This document shows, piece by piece, positions 40,349 through 53,578 of a stretch of DNA of 64,000 bases (the first letter of the stretch is position 1; every line of letters begins with the position of its first letter). The stretch comes from Octopus sinensis (lineage: Eukaryota): the NCBI RefSeq assembly GCF_006345805.1, contig NC_043012.1, positions 58,838,001 to 58,902,000 on the forward strand. Reading direction: 5' to 3'. The position numbers and the translations under genes are program-made. Under the pieces are notes generated by a model. It worked only from the letters and a program-made list of their open reading frames with translations, had not been told where the DNA came from and did not search any database.

Positions 40349-42298
40349 GTGGTGACGAGGATTCAGACAATATTGCCACTGAAACAGCAGCGGCGTCGAG
40401 GTTTCGAACAGTACAGAGGATTCGAACACTACTGAAACTCTGTATAGTATCGAAATGGAAGAGTTACTGAAAGCAGTCGTAAAACAACAAGAGCAGCAAC
40501 AACAGCAACTACAGAAGTTAACAGAGGTGTTACGGCAGTCGAGAAATACGACAGAACAGTTTTAAGCGCACGGCGTTTCAAACTCCATCGAAGAATTTCT
40601 CTACAAAGCGGATGAAGAAACTACCTTTACCGCGTAATACAGGTGATACGAGAACATTCAGAGAGGAATGCAAGGGATGGTCTAGTGAAAAGAAGTTAAG
40701 GCTCCTCTGGCGAAAACTTGCCCTTCTGGAACACGACAGTTTTTGTAACTTTATTTTACCGAGAAAGCCCGCGGTATTGTGTTTTGATAAAATGACAAAT
40801 ACTTTGACATATCTTTAGCGGAAAAATTTAGCAGTTTAACGTTCGGTGGAAATGTCTAAATTTACAGACGAACCAATCCGATGACTTTGTAACATATGCC
40901 AGTATTGTTAATAAGTCTCGTGAAAGGATTAAGCTTGGAGAATTAACGCCAGATATGTTCAAGTGCTTAATATTCGTTAAAGGGCTTGTGGCAATGGAAG
41001 ACATGGAAATTAGAAGAAGAATATTATCAGAGTTGACTCAAATTGTGAAACTAACCTTGCAGAAAATGGCTGAAGAATGCCAATAAATAATAAACCTTCG
41101 AGAAGAGGATAATTATTAAAACCTTCGAAAGACAATAATAATTTAAAAATAATGGACAAACGAATGTTAGAACGCATTCGAAGCCCAAACCTGTAAATAA
41201 TTGTGGCATCGGATGCCAGTGAATATGGTATAGGATTGGTGCTATTGTATAAATTCAATGATGGTAAGATCAAAGCTATTGCACATGCATCATGAGTTCT
41301 AGTAGCAGAAAAAAAAAATACAGCCAGATCGAAAAGGAGGCTTTATAATTAAAGAAATTCCATAAATTCCTACACGTTAGGAAGTTTACACTAAAAACTG
41401 ATCACTGTCTACTTTCGATTCGAAAAAGGGAATCCCCAACCCTCAGCAAATCTCTTACAGCACTGGGGTCTCCCGTGTGGAACTATGATTTTCAAACGGA
41501 GATTTTGTCATCAAAGAAAATGGGACACGCAGACGGATTGTCTAGGCTAATTCCAAAACATAGGGAACCTTTTGAAGAAAAGGTGATTGCATCGTTAAAA
41601 CTAGAAATGGAACTGAAGAACATTTGTGCAATGTAGTACATGATTTGCCGGTACACCTGGAAGAAATTAAATTCAAATTGGAAAAAGATATGTTCATAAA
41701 CAAGAGAAGAAAATACTGTTGGAAAGTAACATGAAAAATAATATAAATGAGCGGAACGCAGGTTCAAAGCATTATTCAGTATGTGATGAGGTACTATTAT
41801 ATGCAGAGTCGAGTAGGTCACCCGCACATTCGATATTCTTCAGAAAGATTCGTTCTGTGTTTGACAATTTGTTGCCGAGTAGGAAACAGAAAATACAAAA
41901 TTCGAGAAGTACAACGAAATTTTTTAACAAAGGTGAGGAAATGTATTTTAAAATATATAAAAACGAAAAACAGGACTGGGAACAAGGTAATGTAACTGGA
42001 CGTCTGAGTAATGTGAACATGAAAGGCATTTTAACCAATTAAAGAAAGGATATACCAAAAACAAGAAAAGCGAGAGGAACCAATGGTTATATGGTATGAC
42101 ATGTTCGAGGTCCCAAAACCACAAGTGAAAGCAGAACCGACACGTGGGTCGAACAGGGAAAAGAAAACATACCGAAATGGTGGAAATGAACTCCAAGAGA
42201 AATATATATGCCAGTTTCCCACCAAGGAAACAAAATTGATACGAATAAAATAATAAATAAAGAAAAAAAAGGACAAAGCCAATCTCAAAGGAAGGAGA

Positions 42299-42470
42299 TG
42301 TTGTGTGGGAATAGAACACCCCTATTGGTTGGCGCCTAATGGACTGTTCCACAATATAAATGGACATGCGCAGAGAGTGTAAGGAAGTCTTGAGCTGTGT
42401 ATTGTTGAGGGTTATTGCCAGGACATTATTATTATCCCGTCATATTGTAGGTCGAACGTGCGATACAACA
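42299..42470 (+). repeat. 3' LTR
   Basis: Preceded by the polypurine tract, ends in ACAACA, and is followed by the TSD TACAT. Confidence 0.9.
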
Positions 42471-42476
42471 TACATA

Positions 42477-42847
42477 GTGGAGGCGCAATGGCCCAGTGGT
42501 TAGGGCAGCGGACTCGCGGTTTCGATTCCCAGACCGGGCGTTATGAGTGTTTATTGAGCGAAAACACCTAAAAAGTTCCACGAGGCTCCGGCAGGGGATG
42601 GTGGTGACCCCTGCTGTACTCTTTCACCACAACTTTCTCTCACTCTTACTTCTTGTTTCTGTTGTACCTGTATTTCAAAGGGCCGGCCTTGTCACTCTCT
42701 GTGTCTCGCTGAATATCCCCGAGAACTACGTTAAGGGTACACGTGTCTGTGGAGTGCTCAGCCACTTACACGTTAATTTCACGAGCAGGCTGTTCCGTTG
42801 ATCGGATCAACCGGAACACTCGTCGTCGTAACCGACGGAGTGCTTCC
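42477..42847 (+). mobile_element. tRNA-derived SINE, family C, full length with 14-bp TSD
   Basis: A box TGGCCCAGTGGTTAGG and B box GGTTTCGATTCC. Flanked by ATACAACATACATA at 42463-42476 and 42848-42861. Confidence 0.9.
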
Positions 42848-43159
42848 ATACAACATACATATATCTATGTAAGTCTACCTTGTCCAGTTTTCACACTAAT
42901 GTGCGAATGTTGTCGTGACTTCAATGAATCACTTTTTTTTACGTTATTGTTTAAAAATGATTGAAGCATTAAACAGCGGGAGTTAGTTTCCCTGAATGTA
43001 TATTAAAGAAGTATATCTTTGTTGTAAACAGTGCTAATGTTTTAAAACGTGGGTTGATATATAATCGAATATACTAGATGAATGTAAACAATTGTATATA
43101 TACATACATACACACACAGACACACACACACACATACAGACACACGCACGCACACACAG

Positions 43160-43327
43160 ATCGCTAATCACCACACATTTATTTTCTCTTCTTGTTTCTT
43201 TCTGTGGAAGTGCGTAGGCTCGAAACGTTAAAGACTTTTTCACTTCCCGAGCTTTAAACTATACATCTGCTTGTTGTCTACACCACATGTCTTCGTCTTT
43301 TGTGTTTTTTGTTTTTTTAATTCTCCC

Positions 43328-43330
<3 letters not shown>
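43160..43330 (+). mobile_element. Penelope-like repeat end with degenerate hammerhead-like motif
   Basis: TCTTT-CTGTGGAAGTGCGTAGGCTC-GAAACGTT-AAAGA, then a tail homologous to 49710-49800. Ends at (TA)n. Confidence 0.5.
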
Positions 43331-43372
<42 letters not shown>

Positions 43373-43765
43373 ATTTTGATATATATATATATATTGGGCT
43401 CCTCGTGAGCGTTTGTCGAAAAGCTTGCTGTGCATTTTTTTGGAGAATTAAGTTCCTGGATTTTCTGAAGAGAAGGCTGCAAAATGGACTCTTATTCAAT
43501 CCGAATTAGGGACTTTGCGGCGCCTTTGAAACATGTGTAGAAAATAATAAAAAGGAATTTTGTTAAATCTTCGTTCAGCTCCATTTCTTCCTACACTAAA
43601 TATATAAAACTACAAATTTCCGCACTAAGGCACGGATTTTAGGCCCCATGGTCGTAACCTCACCGTGCTTTTCTGTTGTGATTTTTGCTACCCAGGTATC
43701 GGTTTCATTTGAATAATCCGTAATAAGATAATTCATTTATCTACTCATAATATATATATATATAA

Positions 43766-43838
<73 letters not shown>

Positions 43839-45003
43839 ATATATACGTATATGCATATATGCATGAAAATACACACATAAACACCCACATATTGGAGATT
43901 ATATATGAATTAGTACCACAAAAATTAAATACTGAGTATGTACATATATAAGCACACACACATACACACACACGTTTGTATATGATTGTGTGCGTGGTGT
44001 ATGCCAATACATATGTGTAAGCAGGCAGCTATATACATGTACATATGTATATACATGTAGCTTTTTCCACCCATTTCTATGGTTTACGGATTCTTGTTGT
44101 TTCCGCGAAGAATAAGTGACTGTTGCTACTACAAAGTCGTTGAAGACACCGGAAAGTCCTAAGAGAAGGCCGGATATACAATCATGTAACTCTGCATGAC
44201 GAGGAAATTAAGGTCAGCTGTTATAATAATAAAATCCTTTATGAAGATCAGGTACAATTTAGAATATTCCACTGTCGTTGTGTTCGCAGTGATTAACATG
44301 GAGTTTATATTTATATATCGTTGCAGCGTTACGTGGGTGTAGGCTATAAACTCAGGTTATAGCTTTCTTTCTCTAGACACACTTCAAAGGAATCCGTGAA
44401 TCATCGCATGAATACAGTTTTGAAGATTTGAATGAAGATTAACATAGGTGCAATTAGACGAGCGAAAATGTGACTCCAAGGTAAGAGATGAACTAGAATA
44501 ATTAAGAGGAATCTTTTTTTTTTTTTAATTTTGCTTTCATTCCAATTTACTTCTTTTTGTAATTAACACAAGAAATCTAAGAGTAACGAGAAATAATCCA
44601 CGCATTTTTTAACATGCATTAAGGCATGACTTAATAAGCCAGTTGGAAACCAACGAAACGAAGTACAAATGGAAAGAAAAAATGAAGTGGTATGCTAGAG
44701 AAAAGAATATGCTGCATGTTTAATCTCACAGCATGGCTGTTGTGTAAAATGTCAGACTTTGAGATGTTGAAAACTGTGTATAAATGGAGTAAAGGTTACA
44801 TAAGAATGTTAATTTTCGAGACACAGATCTTCCGAAGTGATATCGCAAATAACGTGTAGATAAAGATGGCGTCAAACTAGACAGTAGGAAGCGTACAGCA
44901 GTCCGTGAATGCTGTCCTTTTAATTTTTGCTCTCTCCAGTCTGTCTTCATAATATCTGTAAAAATAACACTTATAATATCTGTAAAAATAAAGCATGAGA
45001 CGA

Positions 45004-45070
45004 TTTGGCGTTGCCGTTTTGGCGCCGACTGTTTGGCGTTGCCGTTTTGGCGCCTACTGTTTGGCATTGC
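45004..45070. repeat. 28-bp CpG-rich tandem repeat, ~2.4 units
   Basis: TTTGGCGTTGCCGTTTTGGCGCCGACTG repeated at 45004 and 45032, partially at 45060. Confidence 0.85.
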
Positions 45071-45796
45071 TGATTGGACGATGAATTCTCTAACATCAAA
45101 TACTTTGATATTTCTCTCTTTCGCTCTCCCTCTGTCTCACTCTTTCTGTCTCTCTACTTTTCCTCTCCCCTTCTCTCTTCACCCTCACTCCCTTTATCAC
45201 ATCCTTTCTCTCATCTGTCTTTCTCTTTGTGCCTCCCTTCCTCTCACCCTGTTTTCTAGCCCTTTCTTTCTTTCTTTCTTTCTTTCCCCTCTCTCCTTTC
45301 TCTGTCTCTTTATCCTTCTGTCTCTCTACCTCTCTGTCTCTCCTGTTTCTGTCTGAGTGCTTCTTGTTATTTTTGTAACGTTAATCTTTCACTCTTTCTA
45401 CCTCCATGTATTTATTTCAACGTATGCATGTATGTGCGGGCAAGACCGTACGTGCGCATGTGTGTTTGTCTTTGTGTGTGTATGTGATTGAGTGTGTCTG
45501 CGTGAGTTTGTGTGTGTGTGAGAGAGAGAATGTGTCTGTGCGTGTGCGTATATTTCTCTGTGTTTATCTCCAGCCCCGAAGTGTACCGTGGCCAAACTAT
45601 ATTGAATGTCCAACCAGGCGTGCTAATCCTTCAGCTTCCATACAACCACACTCAATCATCTCCTTCCATCTTATCCACCACGGGAATGTACAAACTTATA
45701 ACAGGGAAACCATGCAAGGCCTCAACGTACACGTTTGGCGGCCAGCTAAAAGTAACAGGCGAAGTGACTAAAATTATACTGTGGCGAATGTAGAAA

Positions 45797-46050
45797 ATGG
45801 TGGAGGAGGGCGGAGGTGGTGGTGGTGGTGATTGTGGTAGTGGTGGTGGTAGTGATGATGGTGTTGATGGTGGTGCTCGTGGTGGTGGTGCTGGTGGTGG
45901 TGGTGTTGATGGTGGTGGTGGCGGCGGCGGCGGTGTTGGATGTGGTGGTGTGATTGTGGTTTTAATGATGACGGTGATGACGACGACGCCGACGACAGCA
46001 ATAATGAAGATGACGACGACTACGACAAGACGACAGCGATGCGATGATAG

Positions 46051-46087
<37 letters not shown>

Positions 46088-46250
46088 ATGACGACGAGGA
46101 CGAGGATGATGCGAATAAAAACTTGGAGACGATGACAACGACAACGACGACGACGATGATGATGCGAATAATGACGTAAGGACGACGTCGACGACGATGA
46201 TGCAATGATGATGACGATGAATATGATGATGACGACGACGATGAAGTAAC
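45797..46250. repeat. compound (GGT)/(GAT)/(GAC) trinucleotide tract
   Basis: Direct reading of the sequence. Confidence 0.9.
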
Positions 46251-46633
46251 CATATAGATCTGAGTAAGCCATCACCCAGCAGGTCTGTCTTCAAAGACAT
46301 GCCAATGCCAAATTTATGACAATCTTTAAATATATGATGTAAACTGTAATTGAAATAACCGAAACATTTACCGTTGTAAGCTTCAAACTTTTACTTTCGG
46401 CTCATCACATATCATTAAATGTTACAAAGGAAAAGTTCAAAAAGAAATCCAACAATATCGCTACGTTGTACAGAATAACTGAATAGCTGAATCATGAGGA
46501 TTCCTTACCAATGGCTTCCAACATTTAAAGATGGACGCCGATATGATTATCATAATAAAAAGAATAAGTCCAAAACGTAGACCTTAGAGCTTATTCTTCT
46601 TCTTTATACACACACACACATACACAACTTTGC

Positions 46634-46679
<46 letters not shown>

Positions 46680-47044
46680 AATATATATATATATAATATA
46701 TATATATACATATATATATGTATATATATATATATCTATATATATATATATATATATTATGTATGTATATGTATGTTATGTATGTGTATATAATTAAATT
46801 TATGTGTGTATGTGTGTCTATATGTGCCTGCGTGTTTGCCTTTTGTGAAAGCATGTGACTATTTGCACGTGAAGTTGCCTTCACCGAGCTCGGTCACGGG
46901 TTTTTTCTTCCTCCATTCAAAATTAGGATTTACCAAACCGTAAAGCTGCTTAATGTTATTATATTAGACATCATTGGCGATAATATATCTTATCGTGTGA
47001 GTGAATGCGTGAGCATATATAACTATAAATAATAAATAAATAAA

Positions 47045-47077
<33 letters not shown>

Positions 47078-47478
47078 GCATATGTACATCAGGATACATA
47101 CATATATGTATGTATATAAATGGATATAAATATATACATATATATGCATACATGCCACTTTATATACATATATACAAATATGTGTGGCTATATGTATATA
47201 TATATATATATATTACATATATATATATATACATAATAATATCTTAGATATATATATATATTATATAATATATATATATATATATTATATATATATATAT
47301 ATATATATTAGATGTCCACCTTGTAGCCGAGGATTGCCATCAATGACATTGAGAACGTTGCGCACTCAGGCATATGTGGTGTCTCTGTGTGTATTCCTGT
47401 GTGTATGTATGTATATGCATAATATATCTATATACACACACATATATATATGCATATATATATGTATGTATCCATATG

Positions 47479-47509
<31 letters not shown>

Positions 47510-47988
47510 GTATGTATGTATACACATATACACACGCACATGCATATGCGCACACTCACATGCACACACATACACACACACACACACATATCTACAAACA
47601 CTCTTACTTAATCATTTTATGAGCTATTTGTTCTTGTGCATGTCCCAGTTTTTGCATAGATTTTCGATTTTTGCTTACGTCTGCTCTTCTGGATAGCCTC
47701 TACAACGTACTTCTCTGTTTCGATGCAAAGTATGTTTTGTTATTATTTTCTTCTATAATAATATCGGATCGTTGTCCATTTAGCAAATAAACTTTACCAG
47801 GCTTTTGCAAACATCCAACGAGATTTGTCCAAATTCATGCGCTCTCATAATACCATCTATTCAATATGAATAAGATCGATCGGCCTCGCTCGAAAACCAC
47901 TTTCTTTCTATACACTTCAAATAGTGCCTTTGACTATTTGCACTGAATACTTCGTCTTTCTTTACCAGTTTCCCCGTTTAATATACAT

Positions 47989-48034
<46 letters not shown>

Positions 48035-48316
48035 TTTTACTTTCCTCGAAATCTCCTCTAATCTATGGTTTCGTTTTTATGCAAATAACACTCAAACACT
48101 TTTTCTGATATTAGCGGAAATGTACGATTTTGACCTAACGAAGAAAATTCACTTAATCTCTCTCCATTTCCATTTAGTTTACACATACACAAACAAACAG
48201 ACACGCACACACACGCACGCACACAGACACATAGAAGGACGGACATACACCACATTCACATAGAAACGCATACATACACTAATACACGCATATATCTATT
48301 CACACGTACACAAAAT

Positions 48317-48355
<39 letters not shown>

Positions 48356-48411
48356 GCAAATATACATACATATACACAACAGTTTATACATACATATATA
48401 TATATATACAT

Positions 48412-48449
<38 letters not shown>

Positions 48450-48665
48450 CCATATATATATATATATAATATGCATGTATGTATGTATATATATATCTAT
48501 CTATCCATCTGTCTCTCTCTCTATATATATATATGTATACATATATATGTATGTATATGTATATGTGTGTGTGTGTGTGTGTGTGTATGTGTGTGTGTGT
48601 GTGTGTGTATGTGTGTGTGTGTGTGTGTGTATGTGTGTGTGTAATGTTTTCTTTTCCTCGCTTAC

Positions 48666-48766
48666 CTTGAGCAGAAGAAAACCACTTGACAGGCAAGTGA
48701 AGAATTACTATTGAATTCTCTAATACTAATATCTTTGCCAATTCCAGTGTTTCTCTCGGTCGCCAT
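48666..48766 (-). CDS. possible first coding exon of an unidentified gene (MATERNTGIGKDISIREFNSNSSLACQVVFFCS...)
   Basis: AAGATGGCG start context at 48766, an open frame in unique non-repeat sequence, and a strong donor AAG|GTAAG at 48666/48665. No family recognised, and an overlapping alternative frame is also open. Confidence 0.25.
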
Positions 48767-49497
48767 CTTTCCTTTCCTTTCTTTACTTCTTTAAATTTTA
48801 CTTTCGGAAGGAAAATCATTTCATTGAAATAAATGATGACTTGATTTCGAGAACCAAACTTCTTTGAAATATCATTTAGCGGGATCATTAGAACAAGGAG
48901 GATGAAACGTATTTCTGCTTTGTGTTACTTCTCTGAGTTCGATACCACGCAATGCCTTGAAGCAACAACGTAGGAGTTGAAGCTCCTTGTAAGTTTAAAC
49001 TAATAACTGACTACCAATTGCACTGTCGCATGTGTTAAAAACGTTTCCCTGTGGTTTCAAGTTTTATTTCCTTGTGTTCATAGATGAAAACTAACTGCCG
49101 TATATGTTTGCATTCTTGCTTTGTGCTAACGGATATGATCCAGTAAAATGACAACACAAATTACATTTTGTCGGTCTTCAAATAGTAAGAGAGAGACACA
49201 GAAGAGCACTAAAGCGAAGAGAAATGGAGGTACTGAAGTGCATGAAGGTATCTTCTTGGCCCTAGGCTTTCGAAGTTTCGAATGCTTGCCACATACCACA
49301 CTCCTCTAAAAGTAACCAACAACTAGCTAGTTGTGTTAAGCTAGACTACGATTTAGATACCCTCTGCAGAAAACTACAAACACAAACAAGCACATATACA
49401 TACATACATACATAGATACATGCATGCATGCATATATATATACATCTATATGAAGCCAATGGGATTTTTCTAAACTATTACGTTACACATACAATAT

Positions 49498-49591
<94 letters not shown>

Positions 49592-49594
49592 TCA

Positions 49595-49800
49595 CCATGA
49601 CAGATCGGTAGCCACTAAACACATATTTTTTTCTCTCTTTGTTTCTCTCCTTGTTTTTTTTTTCTGTGTCCCTTCTGTTGAAGAGCGTAGGCTCGGGAAC
49701 GTGAAAGATTTTTCAATACCTGAGCGTTATACTATTATATCGGTTGTTTTGTACACCACCTGTCTTCGTCTTTTTTTTTTTTTTTTCGTGAACTCTCCCT
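49595..49800 (+). mobile_element. Penelope-like repeat end with degenerate hammerhead-like motif
   Basis: CTT-CTGTTGAAGAGCGTAGGCTC-GGGAACGTG-AAAGA. Homologous to 43160-43330, flanked by (TA)n on both sides. Confidence 0.5.
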
Positions 49801-49907
49801 ATATGTATATATATATATATATATATATAATTATATATATATATAATTAGAGAACTACCATGAAGCAATTCAACAATGATATACTTAAATACTAAGTAAT
49901 ACATAAA

Positions 49908-50141
49908 TACTCTTTACTCTTTACTCTTTTACTTGTTTCAGTCATTTGACTACGGCCATGCTGGAGCACCGCCTTTAATCGAGCAACTCGACCCCAGGGC
50001 TTATTCTTTTGTAAGCCCAGTACTTATGTTATCGGACTCTTTTGCCGAACCGCTAAGTAACGGGGACATAAACACACCAGCATCGGTTGTCAAGCAATGC
50101 TCGGGACAAACACAGACACACAAATATACACACACGCATAT

Positions 50142-50172
<31 letters not shown>

Positions 50173-50355
50173 CTATATATATATATATATACATATATAC
50201 GACGGGCTTCTTTCATTTTCCGTCTAGCAAATCAACTCTCAAGGTTTTGATCGGCTCGAGGCTATAGTAGAAGACACTTGCCCAGGTGCCACGCAGTGGG
50301 ACTGAACCCGGAACCATGTGGTTGGTAAACAAGCTACTTACCACACAGCCACTCC
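49908..50355 (-). mobile_element. tRNA-derived SINE, family A
   Basis: Full-length copy. Confidence 0.88.
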
Positions 50356-51039
50356 AATAGTGTATAATAATTTATTATTTAGTACTATATTTAGTTTGTT
50401 CTCCCTGAGACTAAAGTAAAAGGTACTTAGTCAAAATGGGATGCAGATGGACTGAATCATGCAGTTGAGAAGCAAACAACTTGTCACATAACCACGCCAG
50501 CAACCAATTGCCTATGGTTGCACATCATTACCGTTTTATCACCCATAGTCTAGTTACTACACCAGACTGTTCATAAAAGAAATATACCAGTAATATACTG
50601 CGTTTTGTTTCCCCCACGTCTGTTACAACGTTAACCTTTTATATTACATGGTTTTGTCTGGAAGTAAAAAAATAAACACGACATATAAATGATTTTCATT
50701 GTCATCAGCCGTACAAGTTTGATTGATTATTCATATCGGCTCTAAATATCTCTATATGTATTTTAGCTATATTATTGTTTTTGTTCTTCTTCTTCTCGCT
50801 GCAGAAATATTTAGTTATATTTGCGCTCGTTGTTGTTCTTCTTGCCGGAGAAATATTTCAACATTGGTTATTGTTTTCTCTCCTCAGCTATCTTTTACAC
50901 CTGCTTTAATTGTTTTCTTCGACGAAGGAGTGTCTTCAGCGTTAATATGAATGCAATTCAACTCCATTTTCTACAGCTTCGTCATTAAATAAGAACTCGG
51001 GCAATTAGACAAATTGATTAGAGGGTGCGGTCTTATTTA

Positions 51040-51654
51040 ATGACAACGACGACGACGACGGCGACGATGATGACAATGGCAACGGTGATGATGATGATGA
51101 TGATGAGATGATGATGACGATGATGACGATGTTAATGATGATGCTGCTGCTGCTGTTGGTGTTGATGTAGTGGTGGTGGTGGTGGAATTGGTGACGATGA
51201 TGATGATGATGATGTAGTGGTTGTGGTGCTGGAATGGGTGATGATGATGATAATGATGCTGATGATGATGTCGATATAGTGGTGGTGGTGGGATGGGTGA
51301 TGATGATAATGATGCTGATGATGATTTTGATGTAGTGGTGGTGGTGGTGGTGGTGGTGGTGGTAGTGGTGGGATGGGTGACGACGATGATGATGATGGTG
51401 CTTGATGCCACAACAGAACATCCTACATTGCTCAAATTACCCTTACACGAAAATTGGATATTTTTCTGTATTTTTCTTTTCCTTTTTTTCTTTTTTTTTC
51501 TTTTTCAATCACAATTTCAGTGAAATTAAGAAAACTAGATTTTTTGAAAAAAAAAACAACATGATTTAAAGATCACAATGAATGAACGACACACAGCTAT
51601 TATGACATAAACGATACAATTCTAGAAAAGCAGACGACTGACGACGAAGATGAC

Positions 51655-51685
<31 letters not shown>

Positions 51686-52360
51686 GTGATGATAGTGATG
51701 ACGACGACGATGATGATGATGATGATGATGATGATAGTAGTCGTATTGATGGTAGTGAATGTCACGTGTCGTGGTGTGGACAGCGTTGGAATTGGGACTC
51801 ATGGTTATGTTGGGGGAGTGGAGGGTGACGGTACTAGTGATGGTCGCAATGGTAGTGGTAATGCTGGTGAGGACAATGATGATGATGCTTATGATTATGG
51901 TGGTGGTGTTAGTTGTAGCGCTACTGCTGATAATGGTGGTTATGCTGGCAGTGATGATGGTGCCAAGGTGATGAGGAAGCGATGGTGGTGGTGGTGATGG
52001 TAGTGGTGGTTGGTGGTGGTGGTTGGTGGTGGTGGTGTTAGTGGTGGTGGTCGTCATCGTCGTGGAGATGATAATGTTGATGATGACGATGGAGGACAGC
52101 CAAAACAATCGCTATTAATCGTACGTGAATTTTGTTATGGTTGACGACGACAACGATGATGATGATGATGATGACGACGATGATGGTGACGATTATGATG
52201 ATGATGATGATGACGACGATGACGATGACAATGTTGATGATGATGGTGATGCTGACGATGATGATGATGATATTAAGAGATGATGATAATGGTCATGATG
52301 ACGATGCCGAAGACGATGATAAATGGTGGCGATGAAGACGATGATGATGACGATGATTTT
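51040..52360. repeat. two compound (GAT)/(GGT)/(GAC) trinucleotide tracts (51040-51410 and 51630-52360)
   Basis: Direct reading of the sequence. The first tract contains a ~55-70 bp higher-order repeat. Confidence 0.9.
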
Positions 52361-53377
52361 TATCCATGATAATTGACCAATTACTTAACTATGAAGATAG
52401 CGAATAGTTAATTATAACTTGCTGATAGTTTAATTGTACACTTTCATTCTATTACATATCTAAAAATCATTTCACTGAGAAGTCAACAAATCATATTTTT
52501 TATATATAATCCAAAACAAAATGTCTTTAAACCTAACTCATCCATAACAAAATTTACCTTCGATTAATAGCGTTTGTCTTTGGCTATCCTCCCTCGGCCA
52601 TCCATCCTATTACCGCAGTCTGTCTCAGTCTACATCGCATAATATAACTTTTGCCTTCGGCACTCTAACCAGATTCTTATCCCGCGGTACACATAGGTAC
52701 GAAATGATACTAAAAATCCATAGACTACATGACTAAAAAATTGTGGATGGGAACCAATCCTTTTTGTCATTTCTAGTACTTAACTATTACTTATTTCATA
52801 TGTTAAATTATTTAACTAATTTCTATTTCATCATAACACAACTGAGCGGCCGTTCAGAGGATACGACTCAGCTGAACCCTAAAGACACGACACACTGATT
52901 GTTGTAATGATACATCTCAATGTTGGATGCAAAGAAGACCTTCAGGATGTTTATAGTAACAGTATTTAGCGATGGTTATAATGGCAACGGTCAGCAACGT
53001 CCGTAAATACAGAACTCAGTGGCACATAATGACACAGGTCAGTAGTAATCGTAAAAAGCAAACCCCTGCGGTGGTTAGGGTAACGCCGCTCTGTGTTGGT
53101 TGTAAAGACGAAGCTCCGATGTAACAAGAGCACAGCTCAGCGATGGTCTTAACGATGCATCTCGGCTGTCGTTATAACGATACAGCTCAGTGGTGGTTCG
53201 CAAATCATAGCTGATAGGGTATTGTAATGACGTAAATACTATACACTGAAATTTCATGCTTGCGCACGGCGGCGGTGGTCGATATGCCATATGCGAAAGG
53301 CCGTCGTCCTGATGGGTATACTGGGGTTCGCATATTTTACCCTAGTATCACTTTGATTTCATGCACTGCTCTCTAAC

Positions 53378-53378
<1 letters not shown>

Positions 53379-53476
<98 letters not shown>

Positions 53477-53493
53477 TAATAATAATAATAATG

Positions 53494-53538
<45 letters not shown>

Positions 53539-53578
53539 TAATAATAATAATAAAAATAATAATAATGATAATAATAAT
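53379..53578. repeat. (AAT)n microsatellite, ~200 bp
   Basis: Direct reading of the sequence. Confidence 0.95.

Larger units (their letters stand above)
40140..42470 (+). mobile_element. internally deleted Ty3/Gypsy (Mag-like) LTR retrotransposon
   Basis: LTRs at 40140-40348 and 42299-42470 (TGTTGT...ACAAC[A/T]). 5-bp TSD TACAT (40135-39 and 42471-75). PBS TGGTGACGAGGAT (40350-62). PPT AAAGGAAGGAGA (42287-98). Gag remnants (KLRLLWRKL...EHDSFCNFILPRKP; DDFVTYASIVN...DMFKCLIFVKGL) and RNase H remnants (IIVASDASEYGIG...AIAHAS; YSQIEKEAL; GHADGLSRL). Protease, RT and most of the integrase are absent. Confidence 0.92.
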
